From IMG/VR virus record IMGVR_UViG_3300022562_000354, positions 32,001-96,000 of that record: 64,000 bases of DNA, one strand, 5' to 3'. A program made the position numbers and the translations under genes. This DNA comes from a virus. The notes under the pieces are model-generated. The model saw nothing but the letters and a program-made list of their open reading frames with translations, had not been told where the DNA came from and searched no databases. Of this stretch, positions 51,737-60,893 are shown piece by piece (the stretch's first letter is position 1; each line of letters opens with the position of its first letter).

Positions 51737-52270
51737 CTAGCTGAGAGTAATGGAAAAAGTCACGGTCAAAGTGTCGTTTGTGAACAAGGTACGGGGCGAG
51801 AACTGGATCTCGTGAGCCATGGTCCCGGCCGCCGCATCATCGAAGAGCGCCGTCTTCTGCACCTGCTGGGGTCCGGGGACGCCCGTGTAGGTAAAGATTT
51901 TTTGGAGGACCGACTGCGTCCCGGTACCCGTGGGGAGGGTCACGGTGGCGAGGGCTCGTTGAAGACCGGCTGTGCTCGGGGTGTTGGTGATCTCCCCAGC
52001 GAGGACCGTGTCCGCCTGGTCCGGCGCACCAGAGTCGTTGGTCAGGGCGATGTAGTTGAGCCCCGTCCCAAGACCCGTACGTTGCCCACCCGCACCATAG
52101 AGGTACGTGTGGATACGGACGCGGCCGGCGTCGGTCACGATGTTGGAGGACTCCTGCTCGTCGATGACTTTGCGGAGCCACAGGCCCTTCTTCTCGTCGT
52201 AGTCATACGGCCTCTCGTGCCGGATGACCGCCCGAGCCCGAGGTCCGCTCACAATTTCATTGATCAGCAT
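51737..52270 (-). CDS. Tail fibre attachment/baseplate protein (DUF3751-like)
   Basis: NIVTDAGR, YIALTND, DTVLAGEI, KTALFDDAAAGTM, DTLTVTFSITL; GGAGGAA RBS. Confidence 0.7.
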   Translation of the reverse strand: MLINEIVSGPRARAVIRHERPYDYDEKKGLWLRKVIDEQESSNIVTDAGRVRIHTYLYGAGGQRTGLGTGLNYIALTNDSGAPDQADTVLAGEITNTPSTAGLQRALATVTLPTGTGTQSVLQKIFTYTGVPGPQQVQKTALFDDAAAGTMAHEIQFSPRTLFTNDTLTVTFSITLS

Positions 52271-52293
52271 TCGTTCCTCCTACCGGGGGCGAA

Positions 52294-52302
52294 GATAAAA
52301 GG
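52294..52302 (-). promoter_or_regulatory. T-rich CCTTTTATC element (candidate late promoter)
   Basis: Intergenic, about 24 nt upstream of ATG 52270. Confidence 0.45.
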
Positions 52303-52312
52303 TTTCCACGCC

Positions 52313-53131
52313 CTAGAAGTCTCCACCGTGGTCCTCGTCCGTCACGGACTGGTTCTCTTTGACACCGAGACGGTCCCGGTCCTTCAAGCCTTGAGGGAAG
52401 ACCCGGAAGTCGTCGTAGTAGTAGTTGGACAAGCGCCACCGAGAGGAGTCGAGGATCTTGCCCCCGTCATCTTGGTTCGGGGTGTAGTCGTCCCGAAAGA
52501 GGTAGCGGATGCGGAAGAGCGTGTGAGCCGGTCGGATGATGTCAAGAATCAACCGAATGTTGGAGTCGAGCGTGAAGACATCCTCCGGGAAGCCCGCCCC
52601 ACCCAGAGCTTCAATGTCGATCTGGAAGCCGAACTGGTCGCTGATATCGAGCCCGGAGGCCCCCGCTCGAACGAGGAGGAAGTTCTCCGTGACCGACACC
52701 CCATCCGAAACGAACAGCTCGACACCGTCCCTCATGCTCGACGGGACCGATCCTTGAAAGTAGATCCGAATGACGTTGAGCAGGAAGGACTTGAATTCAA
52801 CGTCGTCGAAGGTGGTCTGCGGGAGCTTCCCGTTCAAGAAGACGAGGTACCCGATGATGCTGTAGAGAAAGTCCGAGCGGGTGTTGAGGAAGTTGGAGTC
52901 GAAGTCCACGTCCTCCAAGGCCAGCTCCAAGCGAGCCAGCTCGACCGCTACGGCCTTCACTTCGTTCGTGTAGTTCGGGCCTTGGATCGTGGAGACCCAG
53001 TTGGACGGGAGCAGGTTTAGGAGCGTGGTGAAGATGGACTGCGCTCGCTGAGCAAGGCGGAAGTTGTACTCCTTGCCCTTCTGCTGGATCGTGTAGTTGA
53101 CCCGAGTGAGCGAACGGTCGAACCTCGCCAT
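52313..53131 (-). CDS. Baseplate wedge subunit (P2 gpI/YmfQ-like position)
   Basis: Follows baseplate J; LLNLLPSNW, FLYSIIG, QGSVPSSM, LDIIRPAHT are typical wedge motifs. Confidence 0.72.
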   Translation of the reverse strand: MARFDRSLTRVNYTIQQKGKEYNFRLAQRAQSIFTTLLNLLPSNWVSTIQGPNYTNEVKAVAVELARLELALEDVDFDSNFLNTRSDFLYSIIGYLVFLNGKLPQTTFDDVEFKSFLLNVIRIYFQGSVPSSMRDGVELFVSDGVSVTENFLLVRAGASGLDISDQFGFQIDIEALGGAGFPEDVFTLDSNIRLILDIIRPAHTLFRIRYLFRDDYTPNQDDGGKILDSSRWRLSNYYYDDFRVFPQGLKDRDRLGVKENQSVTDEDHGGDF

Positions 53132-53133
53132 GC

Positions 53134-56100
53134 TTACTTCGCCTCGCGGAAGGTGATCGTGAACTTCCCGAGGTCCAAGAACTCGACGCCCGAAGCGGTC
53201 ATGTCCTTGGTGCCGACATCACCTCGAATGACGTAACTTACCGCGTAGTTATGGTTGGAGGGCTCATCCGGTGGAACACCGGCCCCCGACAGAGAGATCA
53301 CGATGTGGTTGGCCGTTCGGCGCAGAATCTCCGCATCCTGAGTAGCCGTCGTCAAGAAGCCGTCTGCTACGAGAGTGGGCGTGTCCGTGTAACCCAAGAT
53401 GACGGCGCCATCATTGCCGATGATGAAGGCTTGGTTCGCATCGGAACATACGGACGAGAGCGTATCGACGATGGTGAGAGGCTCATCGTCTTGGAAGACC
53501 CCCTTGTGTTCCGTAGGGAGCCCACCACCGTCCGTTGTGGGGAACTTGAGAGCGCTCGTTAGGATGAAGGCGACGTTGCCGCCGATGTCCAAGGTGGCGA
53601 GATGCTCACTGGCAGAGGTAAGCGTTTCACGCAGCTTTCTTGAGCCATCGGCGTAGGCCATACGCGCGAGGGGGATGACCTGGAAGTCGACTCCCTCCGA
53701 GGCATCAATCGAGTGGATCAGGTCGGACTGAGCGATCCCTTGGCCGATGAGGCGACGGTTCAACTCCAAGCTGACATTCGACCGGATCGTCGGGTCCGCC
53801 TTGTCACGGGTAGCGCCGGAGAGGAGCTGGACCGTGGTTTCGATCTCGACCGAATTTTGGACCGCTTGCTTGACGATAACGTCGGCAGTCGTATGGCGCC
53901 GCGAGTTGATCGTGCGTTGGAGCTGTTGGAGAAGGTCGTTGATGACGTACGAGACCGTGAAGTTCTCGTCGTGGACATAGTCGACCGAGACCGTAGCCCC
54001 GTTGGGGATGTCCGAGCTGCTTGTACGGACAAGTTTCACGGGGGTTGTAGGTGTACCCTCGATGATCTCGAAGTCTGGGACCGTCTCCTCCGGTCCGTCG
54101 TACTCCACCGTACGGTCGGCGTTGAAAACGCGGATGGTCTTGGTGTTGATACCGATCGAAAGGAGGGGCTCCTCGATGAAGCCGATAAGCACGTGTTGCT
54201 CATCGTTCACCGGAAGGCTGTCTCCAGACGGGATGCCTCCCACCTGGTTGATCGAGAGAAAGTCCGAGGCGATCGTGCTCTCCCCTTCAAGAAGAGGGTC
54301 CTCGGTCTTGTAGAGGTCGTAGCCAAGGGTGGGATCCAACGTGCCCGAGATTTCACCGACAACAGAAACGACGCGTCGGACAGGCTGGAAGGTGAACTTG
54401 AACTGGTTGAGCGCTCGGAATCGGTAGTCTGCCGTGACAACGTCGTCGATGTTCGTGACAGGCTGACTAACCAAGAGCGGGTTCAATTTGAACGTCTGGT
54501 AGTCGATGATCGTGACCCCGGTAAGGTCGTAATCGAGACCTTGGGTGACGTTTCGTACGCCGAGGCCATTCGCAGAGTCGTCGAGGATCTCCGTTACTGG
54601 GGTCGAGGGAGTGACGCGGCTGTCCTGAACACGGAAGATCAGGTTGGCAAGGTCAAGGATTTGGCACTGAACGTCACGGGCCACTGAGAAGGTGAAGGCG
54701 AACTTCTCCGTGACCTGACGCTCGCGAAGACCCTGAACCCACACGTCCACCTTGCCGCCGATGTGCTTGCGGCGGATGTCGTCGTAGTCCCGCATCATCA
54801 AGTCGTCCCCAGACTTGATGACCTTGGCCTTCAAGACGCCGATCTGCTCGGCAGTGGTGGAGGTGTACCCACCCTCCGTACCCGTATCGACCGAGACGAA
54901 GCCCAGCATGGCTCGGGTAGCCAAATCCGCGTTGGACTCCCGGTCGCTCCCAAAGACCGTCGCCTCCGTGTTGGTCACAAGGAGGCCCGTCACCCCTTGG
55001 GCACTCTTGATCTGCCCGGCCGGTCGGTTCCCATCGGCGCCAACTGTCTCTGCGACGATGTCTACCGTCAGCTCATAGCGCTTCGTGTCGAAGTTGTAGT
55101 AGGCGTCAGCATTGGCTGCGGACAGGATGAAGGTGCCACCTACGAGGAATCGAACAGAGGGGATACCAAGCGAAGCATCCGCATCCGTGGTCACAATCGT
55201 ACCGGAGGGGACCGGAAGGTCGAAGAGGGGCTTAGATGTCGTGTAGAAGACAGCCTGACCTACAGCCGGCCGACCTGGCAAACGCTTCTTGTTGGCGTTC
55301 CCGGCGAGCTTGTCAAAGGCGGAATCCACGAGGCTCTGAACCGCCGAGTTGCTCGTGAAGCCGAGGGCGGCCCGAAGCGCCGTCTTGTAGGCGCTCGCTT
55401 CTACGAAGTCCGACTCCCCGTCGTTGTTAGCGTCATCGATTTGGAGGAGCGTGAGGAAGCTCTGCGCCCGGTGGACGAAGTCCAAGAGGAAGTAGAGTCG
55501 CTCCGCCTCCGAGCTGAATGGATCGATCGACACGTCACGGGTTGTCGAGCCCGGAACCAAGCTGATCTCTTGGTTCACCCGTTGAATGGCGGTGATGAAT
55601 TGGTTGGTGATCTCGAACTGCGTCCGACCGGGTAGGTCTCGGATGGCCGTGTCGATGGTGAGCGGAGAGCCAAGTACCTCTTGAGAAAAAGGGCTCTCGA
55701 TCTCCGTGCTCGTCGAATCGTCGTAGTATACGGCCGTAACGACGTAATACAGCGGGTCCGTGTCGGCGACGTTAACGAACTGGTCGTCGTTCAGGATGCC
55801 GGGTCCTCCAGCTCGCGTATGCCGGAAGTAGACGAACTGCGTGAGGGTTCTGTCTTGGAGGGTGGAGGCGAACTTGAACTGGTTGGTGAAGGCGGTGATG
55901 TCGTAGGCGCGATCAAACCGAACTTCGGTCTCGTTTCCGAACTGGTCCTCCTCCGTGACGCGGATCCGAACCGACTGAGCGATGGACTCCTCCGAGGCGT
56001 CCCAGACCACGTTGTCCGTTCCAATGTCGAAGAGGTCTTCCTCGTAGACATCGGAGGCGGTGGTGACGAGGTTCTCATTGATGCGGAAATAACCGGCCGT

Positions 56101-56628
56101 CCCACCCGGAGAGACGGAAGCATAGTAGTGGAACCCGATGAACTTGGGGCCGCCGTTATCGGGCTCGGGGGTACCCACGATCGCCAGCGGGCTAAGGGTG
56201 TTCACAACCTGCGAGTCTGGAATCGCGGCGAGAACGTCAACCGCATCCCTACGGCGGCGGACCCGGATACCCGAGGGTGCCTCCGCCGTGGCGATATCCG
56301 CTGCCCTGACCTTGGTGATATTGACGATAGAGGCACCGCTCACGCCGCCGATGATGTCGATCGTGCGGATGAGGATGACGTTCTTACCGGGCTCCAAAAT
56401 GAAGCCGGTCGGGTAGTTGTCCGGGTTGGGAAGGGTGAAGTTGGGGAGGTCGAACTTCACCAGGGTCGGATCAGAGACGAACGGAGCCCCGTTGATCGAG
56501 ACTTGGATGTCCGCCGTGCTTACGTCAACCTGACCTTCGATGAAGATGGCCTCTTGGTTCGTGTTGAACGTCAACGTCTGGGTGTAACCAGAACCGTCTC
56601 TCAGGGCGATTTGCGGTGCGAAGGCCAT
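53134..56628 (-). CDS. Baseplate J-like wedge protein with extra domains
   Basis: 1164 aa; PGSTTRDVSIDP, AVGQAVFY, VPSGTIV, GADGNRPAGQI, GSDRESNADLATR, GGKVDVWV. Confidence 0.88.
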   Translation of the reverse strand: MAFAPQIALRDGSGYTQTLTFNTNQEAIFIEGQVDVSTADIQVSINGAPFVSDPTLVKFDLPNFTLPNPDNYPTGFILEPGKNVILIRTIDIIGGVSGASIVNITKVRAADIATAEAPSGIRVRRRRDAVDVLAAIPDSQVVNTLSPLAIVGTPEPDNGGPKFIGFHYYASVSPGGTAGYFRINENLVTTASDVYEEDLFDIGTDNVVWDASEESIAQSVRIRVTEEDQFGNETEVRFDRAYDITAFTNQFKFASTLQDRTLTQFVYFRHTRAGGPGILNDDQFVNVADTDPLYYVVTAVYYDDSTSTEIESPFSQEVLGSPLTIDTAIRDLPGRTQFEITNQFITAIQRVNQEISLVPGSTTRDVSIDPFSSEAERLYFLLDFVHRAQSFLTLLQIDDANNDGESDFVEASAYKTALRAALGFTSNSAVQSLVDSAFDKLAGNANKKRLPGRPAVGQAVFYTTSKPLFDLPVPSGTIVTTDADASLGIPSVRFLVGGTFILSAANADAYYNFDTKRYELTVDIVAETVGADGNRPAGQIKSAQGVTGLLVTNTEATVFGSDRESNADLATRAMLGFVSVDTGTEGGYTSTTAEQIGVLKAKVIKSGDDLMMRDYDDIRRKHIGGKVDVWVQGLRERQVTEKFAFTFSVARDVQCQILDLANLIFRVQDSRVTPSTPVTEILDDSANGLGVRNVTQGLDYDLTGVTIIDYQTFKLNPLLVSQPVTNIDDVVTADYRFRALNQFKFTFQPVRRVVSVVGEISGTLDPTLGYDLYKTEDPLLEGESTIASDFLSINQVGGIPSGDSLPVNDEQHVLIGFIEEPLLSIGINTKTIRVFNADRTVEYDGPEETVPDFEIIEGTPTTPVKLVRTSSSDIPNGATVSVDYVHDENFTVSYVINDLLQQLQRTINSRRHTTADVIVKQAVQNSVEIETTVQLLSGATRDKADPTIRSNVSLELNRRLIGQGIAQSDLIHSIDASEGVDFQVIPLARMAYADGSRKLRETLTSASEHLATLDIGGNVAFILTSALKFPTTDGGGLPTEHKGVFQDDEPLTIVDTLSSVCSDANQAFIIGNDGAVILGYTDTPTLVADGFLTTATQDAEILRRTANHIVISLSGAGVPPDEPSNHNYAVSYVIRGDVGTKDMTASGVEFLDLGKFTITFREAK

Positions 56629-56629
56629 G

Positions 56630-57763
56630 TCAGCTCACCAAACTGAAGTCACGTAGAGATTGACGGAACGCCCCTTGAGCGGAACCCCCTAGCAGGTCTT
56701 CTGGCTGCGGCAGTTTGACCCCACGCGTCAACAAGAGGGTCTGTCGGGACCGGCTTTGGATCTCGACGTTGACGAAGATGACCGTTGGGTCCTTCTGGCT
56801 CTGATCCAACTGGACGCTCGTAAGCCGGAAGGGGAACTCCCCGTCATCAAGGAACTGCCCCACATTCTCCTCTTGCTGCTTCTTGATCGACTGCCATCGG
56901 TTGAACGTTGTGTAAACGTCCGAAACAATAGCGTTTTGGACGATACCTCGCGTGGACAACTTCTGTCCAATTTGCTCAACGATGGTGGCCCCGTACCACG
57001 GGTGGAAGGGGTTGGACCCTCGAACCGTGTAGATGATCTTCTGAAGCTCTTGAATGAGCAGGGCTTCGGACCGAGCTTCCGCAATCGATCCATCCGTACC
57101 GTAACGCCAGTCGTTCTCAACTCCGACCCCACCACAACGACGGCACTCTTGACGGATCGTCGTGTAGTTGATCTCCACGTGGTCATCGAAGCCCCGCAGG
57201 GGGGAGTCGAAGACGATCATCCGGACAGGTCGATCGAGCAGAGTGTCGGGGTCGTTTACGAGTGTCCAGCCAGGAGCAACCTCCTGTCCTCGAAACACCC
57301 GATTCGCCTTCACACCCAACGTTGACGAAAGGGTGCTCGAAGGGTCGATGAAGACGGTGGAGTCTCGCCCCGACAACTCTGACCTGAAGATCATGAAGTT
57401 GCGGTCCGCCGAAAACCGAACCCCTTTGAGGCGTTGGTTGAGCTGGTCGGCGATCCTTGAGACGGGCATCCGCGTGCTCGTAGGGAGCGTTGCTGTCTGA
57501 AGCGCCCCTCCGTTGACCCGCACATGCAGAAGGTTGTTGACCCCCTCCACAATCGTAAACGGCCCTTCCTTGGTCCCGGTAGACCTGGCGGGGACGTGAA
57601 CTCCAGTGGATGGGACCATTAGCTCCCCGTTCAATCGAACGACCACGGAGTCGGCCGAGGAGATCGGTCGAACAGGAATCACGGCTTGCTGCTCCGTCAG
57701 AAGCAGAAGCTCGTCCACAACGAGATGTGGACATAGCTGGTCAATCTGACGGTCGTAACTCAT
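56630..57763 (-). CDS. gp25/GPW-like baseplate protein with N-terminal extension and CxxC
   Basis: C-terminal EALLIQELQKIIYTVRGSNPFHPWYGA (gp25 signature); ECRRCGGVG; directly upstream of baseplate J. Confidence 0.82.
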   Translation of the reverse strand: MSYDRQIDQLCPHLVVDELLLLTEQQAVIPVRPISSADSVVVRLNGELMVPSTGVHVPARSTGTKEGPFTIVEGVNNLLHVRVNGGALQTATLPTSTRMPVSRIADQLNQRLKGVRFSADRNFMIFRSELSGRDSTVFIDPSSTLSSTLGVKANRVFRGQEVAPGWTLVNDPDTLLDRPVRMIVFDSPLRGFDDHVEINYTTIRQECRRCGGVGVENDWRYGTDGSIAEARSEALLIQELQKIIYTVRGSNPFHPWYGATIVEQIGQKLSTRGIVQNAIVSDVYTTFNRWQSIKKQQEENVGQFLDDGEFPFRLTSVQLDQSQKDPTVIFVNVEIQSRSRQTLLLTRGVKLPQPEDLLGGSAQGAFRQSLRDFSLVS

Positions 57764-58515
57764 GACCCACTCTCCCCAGAGATGGCGTAGCCGCTACCGC
57801 TACGTTCAATCACAAGACCATCTGGGTTGTTACGAGTCGGGCCGGGGTCGTACTCCGACATCGGCGCGTGCGTGAGCTTGCCGAAGGGGTCTTTGCCCTT
57901 GTCGTCGATGATGGCCCGGTAGTTCTTGTTGGCGAACAGTTGGTTGACTTCCGTTACGATGTTCTCCAACGAGTTGGCCACATCGGCGGATTGCTTGATC
58001 TTTTTCAGCTCATCGATCTCGGCTTGGAGCTGGTCGCCGTAGTCCAGCATGCGCCGGATCTTCCGTTCCAACGCAGCTCGACGATCGAGCGTAGCCGCCA
58101 TGAACGACTTGAGCCGCTGGACGTACTGAGCCGTTGGAGCATCCGCGAGCCCTTGCGCCGTCAAGGGCTCTCCGTTCGACATCACCTTCGGAGCCGACAC
58201 TTCAGAGCCCGTGGGGAGGAAGACGCTTTGGTCGGCGAGGGATCGGGTCTGAAGCTCGTAAAAAGCGTCTCCCCCGAGAGCCTCGTACGCTTGCATGAGC
58301 TTGCCGATGTAGGTAGGGGATCCGCCCTCGGCCCCCGTCTTGTACTCCGTGGGTCGTCCGGCTGCGTCATACGTGAATCGTAGGTAGCCGACACGACCTT
58401 GCTCGACGGTGAGGTGCTTGATCCTCTCGTCGATGAGCAGAAGTTGCTTCCGCGCATACTCCGTGAGCCGCTCGAACTGGCTCTTGTTGAAGGTACCTCC
58501 AAAGTAGAACGGCAT
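57760..58515 (-). CDS. Hypothetical coiled-coil virion protein
   Basis: 251 aa; heptads LERKIRRMLDYGDQLQAEIDELKKIK; ATGA overlap with the gp25-like gene. Confidence 0.75.
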   Translation of the reverse strand: MPFYFGGTFNKSQFERLTEYARKQLLLIDERIKHLTVEQGRVGYLRFTYDAAGRPTEYKTGAEGGSPTYIGKLMQAYEALGGDAFYELQTRSLADQSVFLPTGSEVSAPKVMSNGEPLTAQGLADAPTAQYVQRLKSFMAATLDRRAALERKIRRMLDYGDQLQAEIDELKKIKQSADVANSLENIVTEVNQLFANKNYRAIIDDKGKDPFGKLTHAPMSEYDPGPTRNNPDGLVIERSGSGYAISGESGS

Positions 58516-58533
58516 CCTACCTAGCCCCTTCGT

Positions 58534-60687
58534 TCAGAAGATTAGCGAGAAGGCCGTGGCGAAGGCTTCAACGTTGGGTCCGGAGTAGGCCAGAGCCACC
58601 CCACCCGTGTAGCCACCCGGACCAGACGGGGGTTTCGTCCCTCCTGCTGTGTCGATAGCCTGGATCCAAGCCGGGATCCCACCGTCCGTGTCAGGAACCG
58701 ACAGGAAGTAGAAGCCCGCCGAGAAGCTGTCGAGATAGTTGAGGATTTCGATCAGGAACTTGATGAACCGCTCCAACACGTCAATTTTGCGGATGAGCAG
58801 GTCGATGAATGCTTTGATCTCGTCGAGAGCGCTCTTGAATGCCTCCAGAAGCGCGTCAATACGGGCGAGCAATTCGTAGATGAACTGCCCAGAAAACGGG
58901 ATGATGTCGCGGAGCAGGCTGATTGAAACCCAGTCGGGAGGGACACCTCCGAGCGTAAAGCTCTTGAGGAAACGCACCGCATTCAGAACGTTGAGACGTA
59001 CCTCCAAGCTCGTGTAAGCGAAGCTGTACGTCTGATAGACAAGACGATGGTACTTTTCTGGGAAGTCATCCGGTACCTTGGTGAAGTTGATCACCAGCTC
59101 CTCAATCGAGGAGACGCTCTCCAAGTACCCCTTGCCGCCTGAAATAGCCTTGGGGAGAGACTTGTAGAGGTCGCGGAGGGAGGTAAGCATCCCGCTATTT
59201 TCAAGCAGGGTGGCGGCGACTCCGTTCGTCAAACGAGCGGCCTGAGCCTTCACGGAGAAGTAGTTGTAGGTAACGTCCGGGTTGTCGACTGGGGTGTCAT
59301 CCGGCACGTCTGTACCTTGTCCACCTTGAACCCCACCAAGAGCCCCAAAGTTCAGGTTGGGTACGATGCGCCCTAGAGGCCCAGCGAGGTTCAACAGAGA
59401 GCCCCGACCAACTTGAGCGACCGGAGTATCCCCTGTGTTGACCCCTTCCTCATCGAAGGTGGCATCCGGGGATGCTTCAAGGTGGAACCCGAGCGCAAAC
59501 GCTGCCCGGAAGGTGGCATTTAGAACCGCGATCACGTCGAAGTCGGCTGGTACAGACTTCGGCACTCGTCCCGTGGTGATACCCGAAGGGCGACCCATGA
59601 TGGCCGGATCGTTTGTATCCGTGGAGGGCCACTTTTGGATCGACTCACCTCCGTTTTGCGGAGTCTCCGGATCCTTCAGGTTGAGGGAGGTCCCGGAAAC
59701 GTCCAGGGAGCCGCTAAACGCACGGACACGGTAATAGTAGGTCGTATCCTCGGTAACGTCCGTGTCGATGTACCGGAACTTGCCAAGCTGCCCGAGGAGA
59801 AACGTCGATGTATTTTGGGTCGGGTCGATGACGATGTACTGCTCAAACTCACGCCAGAAGTCGCCGTGCTCGTCCCGAATTTGCTTCTTCCGCTTGACCC
59901 GCTTCCCCTTCTTGTCCTCGAACCGGGTCTCGTCCTCGATGACCTTGGTGGGCGGCCCACCAGCCACACTGGTCTTCTCGATCAACCACTTCTGAGGGAT
60001 CAGCTCACTTGAGATCGTTGGGAGGATGTCGCTGAAACCAGGGTCGGGCGGAAACTGGTTCGTCGCCAAGGACCACTCGACCGCAAGCCCTTCCAGCTTC
60101 GCTCCGAAGACGCTCGCCACTTGTAGGATGGGATCGATGCTCTCTCCCCCCAAGGCCCCTGGCTTCTTACCAGCCGGGAACACCTTGAGGTTCGACGGTG
60201 CCGGATACTGAGGAGCGATCGAATCCTTGCCGAAGAACCGAAGGAGGATGGCGAGGAGCCTGAGCATCCCGAAGACCGACTCCGCGTCGGCCACGATGAT
60301 GACGAACCCGCTCTTGTTGATGCCGGGGGCGGGCTGCGGGCGGAACGGGTCCTTGCTGTCAAAGAGAGACGCCTTGAACCTCTCCGTGAACGCTTGGTAC
60401 CCACCTCTGAAACGATCGAAGTTGGGGTCTATGGTTGGATTGGGTACGTCGAAGTACCCGTACAGACCCGTTCTCTTTAGGGACTCGAACAGTTGAAGGA
60501 TGAGCTTGAGGAGAGCCTCGATAAGCGCCCGCAAGGGGTTACCGAAGTCGATGAGGAACATCTGGATCGTCTGGAGGATCGCCTTGAGAATCTCCAAGAA
60601 GATGAGGAGGGTCTCAAGAATGCCACGGACGGACTCAAGTAAGTCCTTCCCAGGGATCTTGATCTCAAAGGCTTTCCAATCCGACAC
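58534..60687 (-). CDS. Virion protein with duplicated amphipathic helical modules around an FN3-like domain
   Basis: 717 aa; FN3-like YIDTDVTEDTTYYYRVRAF; long hydrophobic helices at both ends. Confidence 0.75.
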   Translation of the reverse strand: MSDWKAFEIKIPGKDLLESVRGILETLLIFLEILKAILQTIQMFLIDFGNPLRALIEALLKLILQLFESLKRTGLYGYFDVPNPTIDPNFDRFRGGYQAFTERFKASLFDSKDPFRPQPAPGINKSGFVIIVADAESVFGMLRLLAILLRFFGKDSIAPQYPAPSNLKVFPAGKKPGALGGESIDPILQVASVFGAKLEGLAVEWSLATNQFPPDPGFSDILPTISSELIPQKWLIEKTSVAGGPPTKVIEDETRFEDKKGKRVKRKKQIRDEHGDFWREFEQYIVIDPTQNTSTFLLGQLGKFRYIDTDVTEDTTYYYRVRAFSGSLDVSGTSLNLKDPETPQNGGESIQKWPSTDTNDPAIMGRPSGITTGRVPKSVPADFDVIAVLNATFRAAFALGFHLEASPDATFDEEGVNTGDTPVAQVGRGSLLNLAGPLGRIVPNLNFGALGGVQGGQGTDVPDDTPVDNPDVTYNYFSVKAQAARLTNGVAATLLENSGMLTSLRDLYKSLPKAISGGKGYLESVSSIEELVINFTKVPDDFPEKYHRLVYQTYSFAYTSLEVRLNVLNAVRFLKSFTLGGVPPDWVSISLLRDIIPFSGQFIYELLARIDALLEAFKSALDEIKAFIDLLIRKIDVLERFIKFLIEILNYLDSFSAGFYFLSVPDTDGGIPAWIQAIDTAGGTKPPSGPGGYTGGVALAYSGPNVEAFATAFSLIF

Positions 60688-60688
60688 G

Positions 60689-60892
60689 TCAGCCCCCGTA
60701 CGTGAGGCGGTCGAGCTTCTTGCGGAGCATGTCCACCTCCATCTCCGAGACCTTGATGGTCTTCTGGATGATGTCCTTCATCTGGTCGTTGATCTTGAAG
60801 TTCGTCTTGTACTCCCACTCGGCCTTCGGGGGCTCTTTGGTCTCCTCAGTCGGCGTGGGGTCCTCGGCCGGCGTGTTGTTCTCTTCGGACAT
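60689..60892 (-). CDS. Small hypothetical protein
   Basis: 67 aa with 1-nt gaps to both neighbours; GGAGG RBS; C-terminal coiled coil. Confidence 0.75.
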   Translation of the reverse strand: MSEENNTPAEDPTPTEETKEPPKAEWEYKTNFKINDQMKDIIQKTIKVSEMEVDMLRKKLDRLTYGG

Positions 60893-60893
60893 G

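Noticed and set aside
51707-51740. Perfect TTGACA on the plus strand in an intergenic gap
   Set aside because: No -10 hexamer at 16-18 nt spacing and no credible plus-strand gene downstream.
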